From: the human T2T-CHM13v2.0 reference genome, Homo sapiens
Strand: one strand, 5' to 3'
NCBI RefSeq assembly: GCF_009914755.1
Contig: NC_060931.1
Length of the DNA: 64,000 bases
In this document: piece by piece, positions 17,470 through 38,380 of the stretch
How the letters are laid out: each line of letters starts with the position of its first letter
Numbering within the stretch: position 1 is the stretch's first letter
Translations under genes and position numbers: made by a program
Notes under the pieces: model-generated
The model's database searches: none
What the model saw: only the letters and a program-made list of their open reading frames with translations
Told to the model about the DNA's origin: nothing

Positions 17470-18400
17470 GAGCGCGTAGGCTCATAGGAAATAGAGTCCG
17501 TTACTTGTCCTGGGAACGGCGGTGGGTGTCCCAGGAGGCGGACTTCCGGTGCACTCCTGCGCGTGTGCACCTCTCCCTGCGTGCGTGTTCGCGCGTGCGT
17601 GCTCGCACATGCGCGCCACCTCCGCACTGCCCTCGCTTCCTGCGCCTCTTCAGGTCACCGCTTGCTCTAGTTCCCAGGCTTTGGCCTCTAGTGGATGAGA
17701 ATCACCGAGTCTGCGGGGCTGGACGCTGACCGCCCGGGCCAGCACCTAGGCGGGCGGGAGCTGTGCGGCCCAGGGTTCGCGCGGGCCGGGTAGAGGCTCG
17801 AGCCGGGACCCCCGAGCGTGAACCCCGGAGCCAGCGGCGCTGGGGCCAGAGGGGCCGGGCGGGAGGTGGTGGCGGAGGCGAAGGGGCGACGGGACCTGGG
17901 CCTGGCCCGTGTGTGTCCTCGGCGGCCTGGCGCCGGCCGTCGCTGTACGGTGAGCCCCAGGGAGGCGGATCTGGGCCCCGAGAAGGACACCCGCCTGGAT
18001 TTGCCCCGTAGGCCCGGCCCGGGCCCCTCGGGAGCAGAACAGCCTTGGTGAGGTGGACAGGAGGGGACTTCGCGAGCAGACGCGCGCGCCAGCGACAGCA
18101 GCCCGCCCCGGCCTCTCGGGAGCCGTGGGGCAGAGGCTGCAGAGCCCCAGGAGGGTAAGTCTTGGGTTTTCGGGCCCGGAGCGAGAAGGGCCTGAGTGAA
18201 GTCACCGTGTGTTGGGGACCTTAGAGTGTGGGGCAGAGGGAGCGTCCCGATTGCTTGCCGGAGAGACATGTGTTGGGTTTGAGGGCAAGGTCCGGCTGCA
18301 CCGAACAGGCGCTGCATGGGAAGATCTGGGAGGACAAGGCTTACGGAAGCGTGGAGGGTGTCACCACCCTCAGCTGCGGACGTCATCTCCACTCCCCGCT
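17470..18400 (+). promoter_or_regulatory. CpG-island promoter (RBAK-like origin; upstream POM121 promoter)
   Basis: Dense CpG; ETS/GABPA motif ACTTCCGG at 17542-17549; NRF1-like GCACATGCGC at 17605-17614; candidate first-exon donors at 17950 (GTGAGC) and 18155 (GTAAGT). Confidence 0.85.
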
Positions 18401-19326
18401 AACCCCTAACAGTCCTTCCTCCTCCTCTCTGTGCTCCAGATTTCGACCGCCTCTAAACGTCCGTCAGCACTTCTATTCTCTCACTTAAGTGTCTGCTGAT
18501 CACCCCCTTATATCTGCCCTGGGAGAATCGTAGTAATGCAGGAACAGTCTGCAGGGATTCTCTGCTGCTGCCTCAGTTGCTAGGGGAAGAGACTGGGCCT
18601 TAGCAGGTGGGTGACTTGACCAGGTCACCGGCTTTGTGGGTAGAGCTGCTCATAGTAGAACCCAGGAGACTTATCTTCCAGGCCAGTGTTCTTTCTCCCG
18701 TATCCTAGTTTTCTTAATAGAAGATTATTAGGTGCAGCAATAACCAACTTCAGTTAGATAATTTAGAAACAAAACCATATTTTATACACATTCATTTCAT
18801 TTCTGAGAGCTCACATACTCAATTCCTATGGCTTATTTTATTTTAAGCAGTTTAAAGAGACAATAAGAAAATGCGGGCGGGATGCAGTGGCTCACACCTG
18901 TAATCCGAGCACTTTGCGGGGCTAGGGCAAGAGTATCTCTTGAGACCAGGAGTTAGAGACCAGCCTAGACAACATGGGGAGACCCTGACTACAAAAAATA
19001 CAAAAGTCGCCAGGCATGCTGGGATGCATCTGTGGTCCCAGCTACTCAGGAGGCTGAAGTGGGAGGATGGATGGAGCCCAGGAGGTCGAGGCTGCAGAGA
19101 GCCGTGAATGCACCACTGCACTCCAGCCTGGGTGGCAGATTGAGACCCTGTCTCAACCAACAAACCACAAAAAACATGAGCCGTATAATGGGAATTTTTT
19201 TTCTTTTTGCACCTTGTATTTGATGATGATGGCAGACTATTTGTAAAAGGAGTCGTGCTACCCATGAGAGTCTAACTCATCTAATTACTACCTGATTATC
19301 TTAGAGTTACAGGCGCATGCTTCCCC

Positions 19327-19620
19327 TATCACTCTTTTTTTTTTTTTTTTTTTTTTGAGACAGTGTCTCTCACCCAGTCTGGAATGCAACAGCGTGGTCT
19401 CGGCTCACTGCAACTTCCACCTCCCAGGTTCAAAGGATTCTTGTGCCTCAGCCTCCTGAGTAGCTGGGACTACAGGCATGTGACACTATGCCTGGCTAAT
19501 TTTTTTGTTATTTTTAAGTAGAGACGGGGTTTTGCCATGTTGGCCCAGGCAGGCGGATCACTTGAGGCCAGAATTTGAGACCAGCCTGGCCAACATGGCG
19601 AAACCCTGTATCACTCTTTT
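19327..19620 (-). mobile_element. Alu with 5' inversion, 12-bp TSD TATCACTCTTTT
   Basis: TSD at 19327-19338 and 19609-19620; orientation switches at ~19550. Confidence 0.75.
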
Positions 19621-19805
19621 AGACCCTTCTGAGTGTTTGCAGGTTGAGTGTTCACAGGGTGTTAGCCTATTGAGCTTTCTTTTGCGGTTCTTATGCAGGT
19701 GATTTCTGCCTTTGCAGGCCGGAGCCCTCATGACTTCAGTGACCTGCTTCTGCCCCTCTAGGTCTATCAGCCACAGTCTCTGCAAGTTTCCAAGAGCAGC
19801 AGAAA

Positions 19806-19820
19806 ATGAACACATTGCAG
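19806..19820 (+). CDS. KRAB-ZNF start exon, coding MNTLQ (exon starts at 19762 or 19718)
   Basis: AAAATG (A at -3), CAG|GTGAGT donor at 19821; MNTLQ matches the recalled RBAK N-terminus. Confidence 0.8.
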
Positions 19821-20064
19821 GTGAGTTTTCCTGCTTGTGTATATGTTCCTCAATTTTATTTTATGATGCATTTTAAGAGGTTTGTAAGGATTCATACTTT
19901 TTTTTTCTTTTTTTTGAGATGGAGTCTTGCTCTGTTGCCGAGGCTGCAGTGCAGTGGCATGATCTCGCTTCACTGCAGCCTTCACCTCCTGGGTTCAAGT
20001 GATTGTCCTGCCTCAGCCTCCTGAGTAGCAGGGATTACAGGCGTGCGCCACCATGCCCAGCTAA

Positions 20065-20255
<191 letters not shown>

Positions 20256-20387
20256 TAGTGTGGCAGATCAGCACCAAAAATGATTTGTGAAGCTTGTATG
20301 TATGGGTAGTATATTTTAAGGCTGTTGAAATTGAGCCGCACCAAGGACTGATATTCTTGGCAGTCATCACAAAAGGAAAATGCCATC

Positions 20388-20646
20388 TGTATTAGTCCAT
20401 TCTCACACTGCTATAGAGAAATAACCAAGACTGGGTAATTTATAAAGAAAAGAGGTTTAATTGGCTCACGTCTGCAGGCTCTATCATAGGAAGCATGGCT
20501 GAGGGGGCCTCAGGAAACTTACAGTCAGGTGAAAGGTGAAGGGAAAGTGGGTGCATCTTCCATCACCAGAGCAGAAGGAAGAGGGAACATTGGGGATTAC
20601 AATTGGACATGAGATTTGGGAGGCGACACACACCGAAACCATATCA
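20388..20646 (-). mobile_element. MaLR LTR (MST/THE1 type), internally deleted
   Basis: tgtattagtccattctcacactgctata...aaaccatatca; perfect 5-bp TSD CCATC. Confidence 0.85.
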
Positions 20647-22734
20647 CCATCCATGACATCGTTTGCATTGATTATAAGGAGAAACCAGTTTTGTTACTTG
20701 TGGATTTAAAAGATTTTCTAGGACTTTGAAAAATTTCTTCATTCAAGTTGGTATAATTGTGGATAGCTTTCCTAACAACAACCATTAAATTGCTGACTTA
20801 TGGCTTATTCTTGGTGCTTATGTAAGCAGAGGGCCTGCTGCCCAAGGAGAACTTGGTGCATATAATTTTTCCAGGGACGGAAATATCGTGATCCAAGTAA
20901 ACAATTCTGTTTTTACTGTTGAGTCCTAGATCATGGGGGGAATGAATGACGTGATCATCCGTCAAATATTTGTTCGTCTTTTTGTTCGGGTTGCACAGCA
21001 AACAATACAAACAGTTACTCTCTTGTGAAGATTTCCTCATTTCTGTTTCTCATTTCACTTCTCAGTGTTTTCGTTTTGTCCTTTTCACTTTGCTAAGTCA
21101 GTCAGTAAAGGTGACCAGTGATTTAATTGCAGTCAAATCCAGCGGGCATTTCCTAGCCCCTTCCTCACAGGACCCTTTGTCTGCCTTTGACATCCGTTAC
21201 TTCCAAACTGATATTTTCTCCATGGAGTCTCTCTTTTCTTGGCTTTTAAAAAGATTCATCTGTAAGTATTTGTTTGTCTTTAAATGGTGAAGTCTGTTTT
21301 GTTTTGTTTCTTTTTTTCTTTTTTTGAGATAGGGTCTTGCTCTGTCACCCAGGCTGGAATGTAGAGACGTGATCACAACTCACTGCAACCTCAATCTCCT
21401 GGGCCCACACGATCCTCTTGCCTCAGCCTCCTGCGTAGCTGGGACTACAGGTGCATGCTGCCACACCTCGCTAATTTTTTTTGTATTTTAGTAGAGACTG
21501 GCTTTCACCGTGTCATGCATGTCGAACTCCTGAGCTCAGGCAGTCTGCCCGCCTCGGCGTCCCAAAGTGCTAGGATTACAGGCGTGAGCCACTGCTCCCG
21601 GCCTAGAAATGTATTCTCACTGTATTGCTCAGGCTGGTCTCAAACTCCTGGCCTCAAGCAGTCCTTTCACTTTGGCCTCCCAAAGTGGTAGGATTACAGG
21701 TGTAAGCCACCACACCTGGCCAATAAGGAATCTTTTTAAAAGGGGCTAGGAATAACCCATAATACTCTCTTTCTTAATACATGTGGCAGTTGGGTTAAAT
21801 CTTTTAATAGTTCCCATAGTATGTCTCCTGCGTGCTCATTGTTTTGAAGAAACTGGGTTGGTTATCCTCAGTTTGGATTGTGTTACCCTTGTTTCACCTT
21901 TAGCACATTTTTTAAAAATATCTTGTATGCCTTGGTAAAATTGGTAGTTTGATCTGGAAGTCTAATCAGGTTTATGTTCAGTTCTTTTCACACAACTATA
22001 CCATACGTGGCATTTGTCTACTTCTGGAGGCACGTGTTACCTTCTTTGTTTTTGTGAAGTTAAGAACTATTGACTGTTGATTATTGCTGTGATTTACTAT
22101 TGCTGTGATTTGCCTTCATTAGGGGAGGCAAAATGGTGATCTGCTAATTCTACCATTTCTTCTTTATTTACTAGCCAACATACTTTTCTTTTCTTTTTTT
22201 GGAGACAGAGTCTCACTCTGTCACCCAGGCTGGCACATTTATGGCTCACTGCAGCCTCAAACTCCTGTGCTCAAGTGATCCTCCCACTTCAGCCTCCCAA
22301 GTAGCTGGGAGTATAGTCATATGCCACAATGCCCAGCGGATTTTTTAATTTTTATTAGAGACAGGTTTCTCTATGTTGCCCAGGCTGGTCTTGAACTGGG
22401 CTCAAGTGATCCTCTTCTTTGACCTCCCAGTGTTGGGATTATAGGCATGAGCCACCACGGCTGGCCTAGAATACTTTTCTAAAGATAAATTTCTATTCTC
22501 TATTTGTTTATGTAATTCATGCAGGAAAGACAGTTTCTAAAATATTGAGTAGGCTTTTAAGCAGGAGGGTATTTTGTTTTGTTACCATCATGAGCTCATG
22601 GGTTTAAACAGATAGTAAATGTTTCAGTACATAGAAGTTGTGATTCTTTTTGAAAATTAAGTGGTTCCATCTTTGGCCAGACGGAATCCCTTTAAGTTGG
22701 TTTCTGAGTCCTTTTGAAATATATTTGATATATA

Positions 22735-22827
22735 TGATAGCAAATATATACATATAATATATATTTGATAGCAAATATATACATATAATATATATTTGAT
22801 AGCAAATATATACATATATTTGATAGC
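22735..22827. repeat. 31-bp AT-rich minisatellite (tgatagcaaatatatacatataatatatatt, ~3 copies)
   Basis: Directly visible. Confidence 0.8.
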
Positions 22828-23429
22828 ATTATTTTCTATTTAGCATTTTATTTTGAAATCATTTCAGATTTTCAGAAAAATTGCAAGGATTTTACAAAGA
22901 AATCCCAGATACTTCCTTTTGTTCAGATACTTCATTCTTAACATTTTCCCACATTAATCATTTATATGCCTATATACGTGTGTGTATATATATATTTATA
23001 TATATATATTTTTTTTCTGAACTATTTGAGAGTGGGTATAACGTGTCATGCCTCTTTACCCTATAAAGTTTTAGATTGTAGCTCATAAAATCAAGAATAT
23101 TCTATTAAATATCCATAGCACAGTAATTGAATTCAGGAAATTTATCATTGATTTAATACTTTTATCTAAACTATAGTTCATTTTCCAGTTTTGCCAATTT
23201 TCCAATAATTTCCTTTATAGCAATTTTTAATTTTTGGTAGAAGATTCAGTCTAGGACTGTTAATTGCCTTTAGTTTTCATGCTTTTTAAGTCTGTTTAAT
23301 ACGGATTTGTTCCGCAGTGCCATTATAACATTTGAAGAATACAGGCCAATGATTTTATAGAAGTCTTTAAATTTAGGTTTCCCTGATCTTTCTTCATGAT
23401 TAGATTTAGACTGTGAATTTTTGTCTGGA

Positions 23430-25780
<2,351 letters not shown>

Positions 25781-25846
25781 CCAGGCATGGTGGCTTATAC
25801 CTGTAATCACAGCAACAACAACAACAAGGCTAAGGCGGGCAGATCA

Positions 25847-26062
<216 letters not shown>

Positions 26063-26912
26063 TCAAAAAACAAAAAACAAAAACAAAAACAAAAAAACAA
26101 ATCATTGCTTCGTATATGTTCTTGTTTTATTTTTCTTTCTGTTTTTGATTTTGTTTTTCTTTGGTGTGTGCTGTTTCAGGTTGGAGGGTATATCCAGTAC
26201 TTGTTAATTTATCACACCTGAGGGCAGAAGTCCTCATGTCTCTGTCTATATGTTTTTTCTAATATATATATTTTTTTCTTTGTAGAGACAGGGTCTTGCT
26301 ATGTTGCCAAGGCTGGTCTCAAGCTCCTGGCCTCAAGCAATCCTTCTGCCTCAGCTTTCCAGAGTGCTGGGATTACAGGCATGAGCCACCACACCTGGCC
26401 TGGATCCAGTTTTATCCATGTCCAAATTTTTTTTTCCCTGAGCTGTTTTTGATTTTCTTCCACCTCATATGAACTGTAGTGTCAGCTTATCTAGTTCCAG
26501 GAAAAAGCTTTTTGGTATTTTTATTGGGATTGCATATTTATAAAGTAATTTAGGGAAACTGGTATCTCTGTATTATTAAGTTGACCTTAATAATACAACT
26601 AATTTTGTCGTTGTTTTTGGATTTTTAGTAGAGATGGGGTTTCACCATGTTGACCAGGCTGGTCTTGAACTCCTGACCTCAGGTGATCTGCCCACCTTGG
26701 CCTTCCAAAGTGTTGGGATTACAGGCGTGAGCCACTGTGCCCAAGCACTTTTACTTTTTCTTAGTTATATTCCTCTAATTGTTTTCTCTTCTCTAATTGT
26801 AGATAATGAGCATTTTATTAATACCTTGTTCTTGATCTTAGTGGGAAGATATGTAGTTTTTCCCTGTTAAGTAAAATCCTGACTTTCGGACCGAGAAGAC
26901 TGAGGCATAAGA

Positions 26913-26936
26913 GTGTGTGTGTGTGTGTGTGTGTGT
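26913..26936. repeat. (TG)n microsatellite
   Basis: Directly visible. Confidence 0.9.
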
Positions 26937-27641
26937 ATACACACAAACTGTATATATGTGCTTGTGTGTAATTGAAATACATATGTCACATATCATACGT
27001 ACTATGGCATATTAGGGTGTAATATTTATATTTGTGTATATAATAATATTGATGTTAATGAAGTATCCATCAGTTTCTATTTTCTTTAGTTTGTTTTTTT
27101 AAATCAGCTTTTTCTGTCAAGCTTTTTCAAGTATCTTCATGGATACAAGATTTTTCTTCTTTGCTGTGTTATAGTGGCTTATCATATTAATAGATTTCCA
27201 AGTATTAAACTAGTCTATATTATTGGAATAAGTCCTATTTGTCTGTTGTATATTATGTTTTTAATCTGGTACTGGATTTTGTTTGGTTATGTTTCATTTT
27301 GGGTATTTGTATTGATGTAAGTGGTATTGACATGTAATTTTATGTTATTTATTGGTCCATCAGTCTTCTAACCCCTACCACCTCCTTGCTTTCTGGACTA
27401 ACTTAACCCAGAAAGTTATTACTCTCTCTTGGTGATTTTATCAGCTCCTTTGGCCTGCCTGTGGATAAGCTTGGATGTTCTGCTTTAGTTTCTCAGCCCA
27501 CCAGCCTAGCGGCTCTGCCTCTGCTATCTCTTGGGATCTACATGGTCCTAGCTGTATCACTGGGTTTGAACCCCTTGTTGATATGTTCTTTATAAATAAC
27601 AGGATAATGCAACATGCTTATTGGGCACTTCCTTTTTCTAA

Positions 27642-28066
<425 letters not shown>

Positions 28067-28757
28067 TGAAGCTGCTTCATGTTTGCCATTGGTACTTTTA
28101 CACCTCATCATATTCTTCCTCCCCTTCATCCCATAGAATACACAATTCATCTTTAAGGACTTCAAGTTAACTGAGTCTGTGAAGCCTAATCTGATGGCAT
28201 AAAGTTAAACTAATTTGATCCTCTTTTGTTAAATCATTCTGCACCTTGTCTGCATTACTCTAATAACAGCTTTGGGCATTCATTCATTTAACGAATATTT
28301 ATTGCTGTGAGATTGAGATGTTTGAGATAAAATCAGTCATGCAGATAGCCAGAGGCCACTGGCTATGAGAATAAAAGAGCCAAAAGAACAAGGAGCTGAA
28401 ACTAGGTGAGAGCCCCAGAGCAGTGAGTTAGGAAGAAGAAGACCAGGAACTGAGTGGTGGGCACTCCAACATGAGGAGGTCCCGGAGAAGGGGAGCGCCT
28501 GGCAGCAAAGAAGACTAAAAGAAGTGACAAGGAGTAAAATGCTTGTGTTTGTTTACATGTTTATCTCCTTATTAGGTTGTCTGCTTTCTGAGAGCAGGCA
28601 TGGTGTTTCACTCATCTCATATCCCCAAAACACAGTTCAGTTGCAAAATAGGAGCTCAGTTGTGTTTTGGGTTTTTATTTTTGTATATATATAAAGGACC
28701 CCAAAGGATATGTGTTTCCAATATGATTTCCCTTCCATAATCTGTAACATAAAATAA

Positions 28758-29051
<294 letters not shown>

Positions 29052-29247
29052 TAAGTGACAACACCATTTAATTCCTTGTGGGCACTAGCTGCAGTGTTTA
29101 TATTATTCTTCATTGAAAGGTTCTAACTTTGATAAGGTAAAAAATGGAGCATTTCTGTTATGCAGCTTATGAGGTGGCAACATCTTGTACTTCGGAGATC
29201 TGAAGCCGAGCAACTTGCCCAAGTCCTTCTTCTTTTCCCATTAACAA

Positions 29248-29343
29248 GATATGATATCACCAAGCCAAACGTCATCATTAAGTTGGAGCAGGGAGAGGAG
29301 CTGTGGATAACGGGAGGTGAATTTCCATGTCAACATAGTCCAG
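29248..29343 (+). pseudogene. KRAB-B box exon (YDITKPNVIIKLEQGEELWITGGEFPCQHSP) with acceptor AG>AA
   Basis: Canonical 96-nt span and CAG|GTAAGT donor, but preceded by ttaacaa rather than ttaacag. Confidence 0.85.
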
Positions 29344-29486
29344 GTAAGTTAGTAGAGTATCAAATGTTAAAAAATGCTCATCCCAGACCTTTGGGAGTGA
29401 CTAAAGAGTTGTTTATATGTATTCGGTACCCTCAGTAACACCTCCCAACCCCCAAATATCACTTTCCTTCCTGCACACATACATGA

Positions 29487-29858
<372 letters not shown>

Positions 29859-30917
29859 TGAACTCCTGGTCTCAAGTGATCCGCCCACCTCAGCTTCCCC
29901 AAGTGCTGAGATTACAGTCCTGAGCCACTGCTCCCAGCCTTACAGAATTGTTTCATTTTGGGGCATTCAGAAGTCTGACATAAAAATTAACTTGAGACTT
30001 TTATGTTCATTCTTTTTATCTTCCAGTTTCTTTCCTTCCTTGCTTTAAAAATACCTTGGACTTATTTTCTGCCCTCGATTTTATTTATTTCTTTAGGCAT
30101 TCAGATACCAAAACCTTGTCCTCCACCTGTGCTTGTGAATTGAGTCACAGCTTGTGGTGTACGTTATTTCCCCAGGTCCATGCTCAGTTGATGTGATGAT
30201 GTAGCGCTCCCTCAGCTTTCCCCTCTTTCCCCAATGCTCATTTATGACCTGTCTGTGTGTTCATTTCCCCTTCCCCATAACTGGAATCATGCTCTGTCCA
30301 TAGTAGACATTCAGGAAGTGTGAATTTCATAAGTGAATGTCGGTTCCTTTTCTTGCCTTTTCAGGAGTGTCCTCTTAGAACCCATTTTCCACTTTTTTGG
30401 TTTTCTTTGTATCCCGTAAAAGAGTTTATCTAATCTCAACTTCTAAGACCTTTTTTCTTGTGTATTTTTGCAGCTTGCCTCCAAATTGATATGTCTGACA
30501 CTTTTAACCTAGTTGAATATTTTACTTGACAATATAGCAGTACCAGTGAGATAGTTCACTTCCTTCTTTCTCAGAATGTCTGATGATAAACTGTCCATGT
30601 TCCAAAATCATGAATTCTGTCTACCTTCCTCACCTCCCAGTATTTGATTGTGCTAGTCTTCTCTCCATGGTTTGTGTTCTTTGTCTTCTGTGAAATGCCT
30701 TGCAGATCGTCAGCACATTCTGTTTCTTTTGACATTAGTGTTCAGTATTCTCCCATACCTGGATTACAGTGGATCCATCTTCCATTCAAATGATCATTGT
30801 CCTTTTCCTTCATCTGCATTTCACTTGCCGAGATAATACATATTTTCCCTTCCTTTCTTCCTCTCTTCCCTCCCTCCCTTCCTCCCTCCCTCCCTTCCTT
30901 CCTTCCTTCCATTTTGA

Positions 30918-31178
<261 letters not shown>

Positions 31179-31597
31179 TGAGCCACTGTGCCCAGCCTAC
31201 TTATTTATTGAGACAGAGTCTCACTCTGTCACTGAGGCTGGAGTGCAGTGGCACAATCTTGGCTCACGATAACCTCTGCCTCCCAGGTTCAAGTGATTCT
31301 TGTGCTCAGCCTCCCGAGTAGCTGAGATTACAGGCGTGCACCATCACGCCCGGCCTATTTTTGTATTTTTAGTAGAGACGGGGTTTCAGTCTGTTGGCCA
31401 GGAGTTCTCTGTTGAACTCTTGGCCTTGTGATCTGCCCACCTCAGCTTTCCAAAGTGCTGGGATTACAGGCGTGAGCCACTGCACCCAGCCCCCTTCATT
31501 TAATTTTAAATTGTGGTTAAAAACCACGTAACATGGCCAGGCACGGTGGCTCATGCCTGTAATCCCAGCACTTTGGGAGGCCGAGGCGGGCGGATCA

Positions 31598-31908
<311 letters not shown>

Positions 31909-32125
31909 TTAGCATTGTGCGTTGTGTGCCGGGTTTTGTCAAGCACGTGACAGCACGTAGTAGGTGTGGAGTGTGGCTCGTCAGCAAGCGCTCTGGCAGG
32001 TGGTGCTTTCGCCATCTTCATCCCTACTTACTGTGCTTCCGCTCCCTTGGGTCCCAGGATCCCACTCCTTCGATGAAACTCAGTCTTCCATCTCTGCCTG
32101 GTGCTTCTGCCCTGGTTTCTGCTCA

Positions 32126-32329
<204 letters not shown>

Positions 32330-32503
32330 CTACGAAAAATACAAAAATTACCTGGGCGTGGTGACACGCGCCTGTAGTCCCAGATATTTGGAGGCTGAGG
32401 CACAAGAATTGCTTGAACCCGGGAGGCAGCAGTTGTGGTGAGGAGAGAACGCACCACTGCACTCTGGTGCAGAGCCTGGGCGACAGAGCGAGACTCTGTC
32501 TTA

Positions 32504-32949
<446 letters not shown>

Positions 32950-33929
32950 CTATCATGGCTTACTGCAGCCTCCAACTCCTGGACTCAAGAGATCCTCCAC
33001 CCCACCTTCCAAGTAGCTGGCACTACAGGTGCGCACAGCTGACCATGCCTGGCTAATTTTAAAAGTTTTAGGTAAAAATGGGGTGTCCCTATGTTGCCCA
33101 GGCTGGAGTGCTGTGGTGTGATCATAGCTCATGGCAGCTTTGAACTCCTGGGCTCGAGCAACCCTCCCACCTCAGCTTCCACATAGCTGGGACTACAGGC
33201 CTGCCCACCACGCCCAGCTAATTTTTAAAAATTTTCTATAGAAGTGGAGTCTTGCTGTGTTGCTCAGGCTGGTCTCCAACTCCAGACCTCAAGCCGTCCT
33301 CCCACCTCCACCTTCCAAAGTGTTGGGATGACAGGCATGAGCCACAGCACCCGGCCTGTCTGTTCTGGACACACTTGGAGCACTTCTTGCTCTTCCACAC
33401 CATCTCAATGACCAGGGTTGTCCAGATGGCTCCTAAAGGCTCCCAACAGGGCATATCATGTGAGGACTGCATTTCATCTGTTTGTAGGACAGTTGTATGT
33501 ACCTTTTTCATACCTCAGACCCTGTCTAAATCTGAAGTGGTGGTATTTGCTTCCTCTCCCAGCCTTTCACCTCCTGTGCGTTCACTAAATTCACCAGTCA
33601 CTAAGGCATGAAACTGACAGATTTTACTCTGAACGTCCTTTTCCTTCTGGGAGATGCCAGGTCCTAGACAGCTGTCTCCATTTTTCTGTTCTTTGCATTC
33701 TCACTGCTCTTCCCTGGCCCCTCCTTCTGTACTTTAAGTATTAGCTTGACTATTGCAGCAGTCTTCTCTTTGATATTCCTGATTGCCATCTCCTTCTGTC
33801 ATCGTTCAGTCTACCCATTCTCTTGAGACTAATCTTCCTAAAGCATGGATCTAAATATATCATTTAGGCCGGGCGCAGTGGCTCACACCTGTAATCCCAG
33901 CACTGTGGGAGGTGGAGGCAGGTGGATTA

Positions 33930-34133
<204 letters not shown>

Positions 34134-34648
34134 TCAAAATGAATAAATCAATCAAATCTATCATTTACCTGCTCAAAAACTTTCAGTGGCTCCCAACTGT
34201 GGTCGGTTTAGATGCTTAGCTCATTAGAATGCCATCCAAGCTCTAGATCTGTGGCTTTCAAGCTGGGCTTTGAGACGCATCATGAGTTCAAAGGGGAGAG
34301 TAAGGGGAAGAAGCTGAATTGGGGATTTCTGGTTTTCTAGCCCGTTGTCAATCTTTGGGTTTTATTCCTTTTTCAGATTGTGCTTCCATTTAAAAAAATG
34401 AGTTCCAGTTTAAAAATATATATATATGCTGGACTGGGCATGGTGGCTTATGCCTGTAATCCCAGCACTTTCGGTGGTCAAGGTGGGCAGATCACTTGAG
34501 CCCAGGGGTTCGAGGTCAGCCTGGGCAACATAAGGAGACCTCATTTCTACAAAAAAATTTAAAAATTAGCCAGAAGTGGTGGCATGCACTTGTAGTCCCA
34601 GCTATTCAGGAGGCTGAGGTGGGAGGATTGCTTGAGCCCAGGAGGTCA

Positions 34649-34942
<294 letters not shown>

Positions 34943-35024
34943 CTAAACTATTTTTGGCCATGACTCCCACTGTTTACCCATCCCACGAAGTGTTCATTTC
35001 CTACTTCTATTAGAACATGTCACA

Positions 35025-36745
<1,721 letters not shown>

Positions 36746-36806
36746 TCAGGCGTGTTGGCTCACGCCTGTAATCCCAACACTTTGGGAGGCCAAGGTGGGT
36801 GGATCA

Positions 36807-37022
<216 letters not shown>

Positions 37023-37195
37023 TCAAAAAAAAAAAAAAAAAAAAAAAATGCTGGAGTCTTCAATGTGGCAACAGAATTTGGACTTAAGAAACGGGATGAG
37101 ATACCTGGGAAGGCGTTGTATAGTTTGTCTCCGACTGGCGAGGGTGAGTTCTTTGAGAGGAGAGGCTCTGTTTTATTTTGTGTTTCTGTGTTTCT

Positions 37196-37227
<32 letters not shown>

Positions 37228-37742
37228 TTTTTTTTAGACAGAGTCTCTGTTGCCCAGGTTGGGGTGGAGTTGTGCCATCTCAGCTCACTGCAACTTCTGC
37301 CTCCTCAGTTCAAGCAATTCTCTGGCCTCAGCCCCTGAGTAGCTGGGGATTATAGGCACTGACCACTACACCTGGCTAATTTTTTTGTATTTTTAGTAGA
37401 GATGGGGTTTCATCATGTTGGTCAGGCTGGTCTCAAACTCCTGACCGCAGGTGTTCTGCCCACCTTGGCCTTCCAAAGTGCTGGGAGTACAGGCGTGAGC
37501 CACAGTGCCCGGCCTATTTTGTGTGTTTCTGATACCCGCAGCACATTTCCTCACACATAGGTAGGTGCTCAATGAGTGCTTATTACACTGAGCAGGGACT
37601 TTGTGATGCAAATGACTGTATCCCCAATACCTAGCACAGAGTGGTACCCAGCAAATATTTGACAAATAAATGTGTATTTGAATAAAGTGGAAAAATGTTA
37701 ACTGCCATGGGAAATGTCGGAGACGGGTGTTCCAGATCATGA

Positions 37743-38047
<305 letters not shown>

Positions 38048-38199
38048 TGATCCACCCACCTCGGCCTCCCAAAGTGCTGGGATTACAGGCGTGAGCCACC
38101 ACGCCTGGTGCTTTATATTAAATTTAAACGTACTTGAGCACCAGATTTTTATGATTTTCTCTACAGTCGTCATATGAGTGAAGGTGGTAATGTGGGACA

Positions 38200-38380
38200 C
38201 AGCATTTTCTAAACCTGGCCAAGCAAGAGAACCATCTTTTGAGCTTTTGGCATTTTCAGAATATTAGGCATCACTCCAAAACCTACTGAATCAGAATCTC
38301 AGGGGTTGTGCCCTGTAGAATTATTTTTTAAAAGCTCACTAGGTGCTTCTGATTTAGCTCGTTTTCTGATGGCATTTGGA
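38200..38380. mobile_element. MER5A-like hAT-Charlie relic
   Basis: acctactgaatcagaatctc...aggtgcttctgat core. Confidence 0.6.

Noticed and set aside
17688-18392. 234-aa and 167-aa antisense ORFs and overlapping sense ORFs
   Set aside because: Stop-poor GC-rich CpG island; no recognisable domain.
31990-32008. Second CTCF-like motif (ctggcaggtggtgc)
   Set aside because: Mismatches at the conserved CCA and GGC positions; too weak to call.
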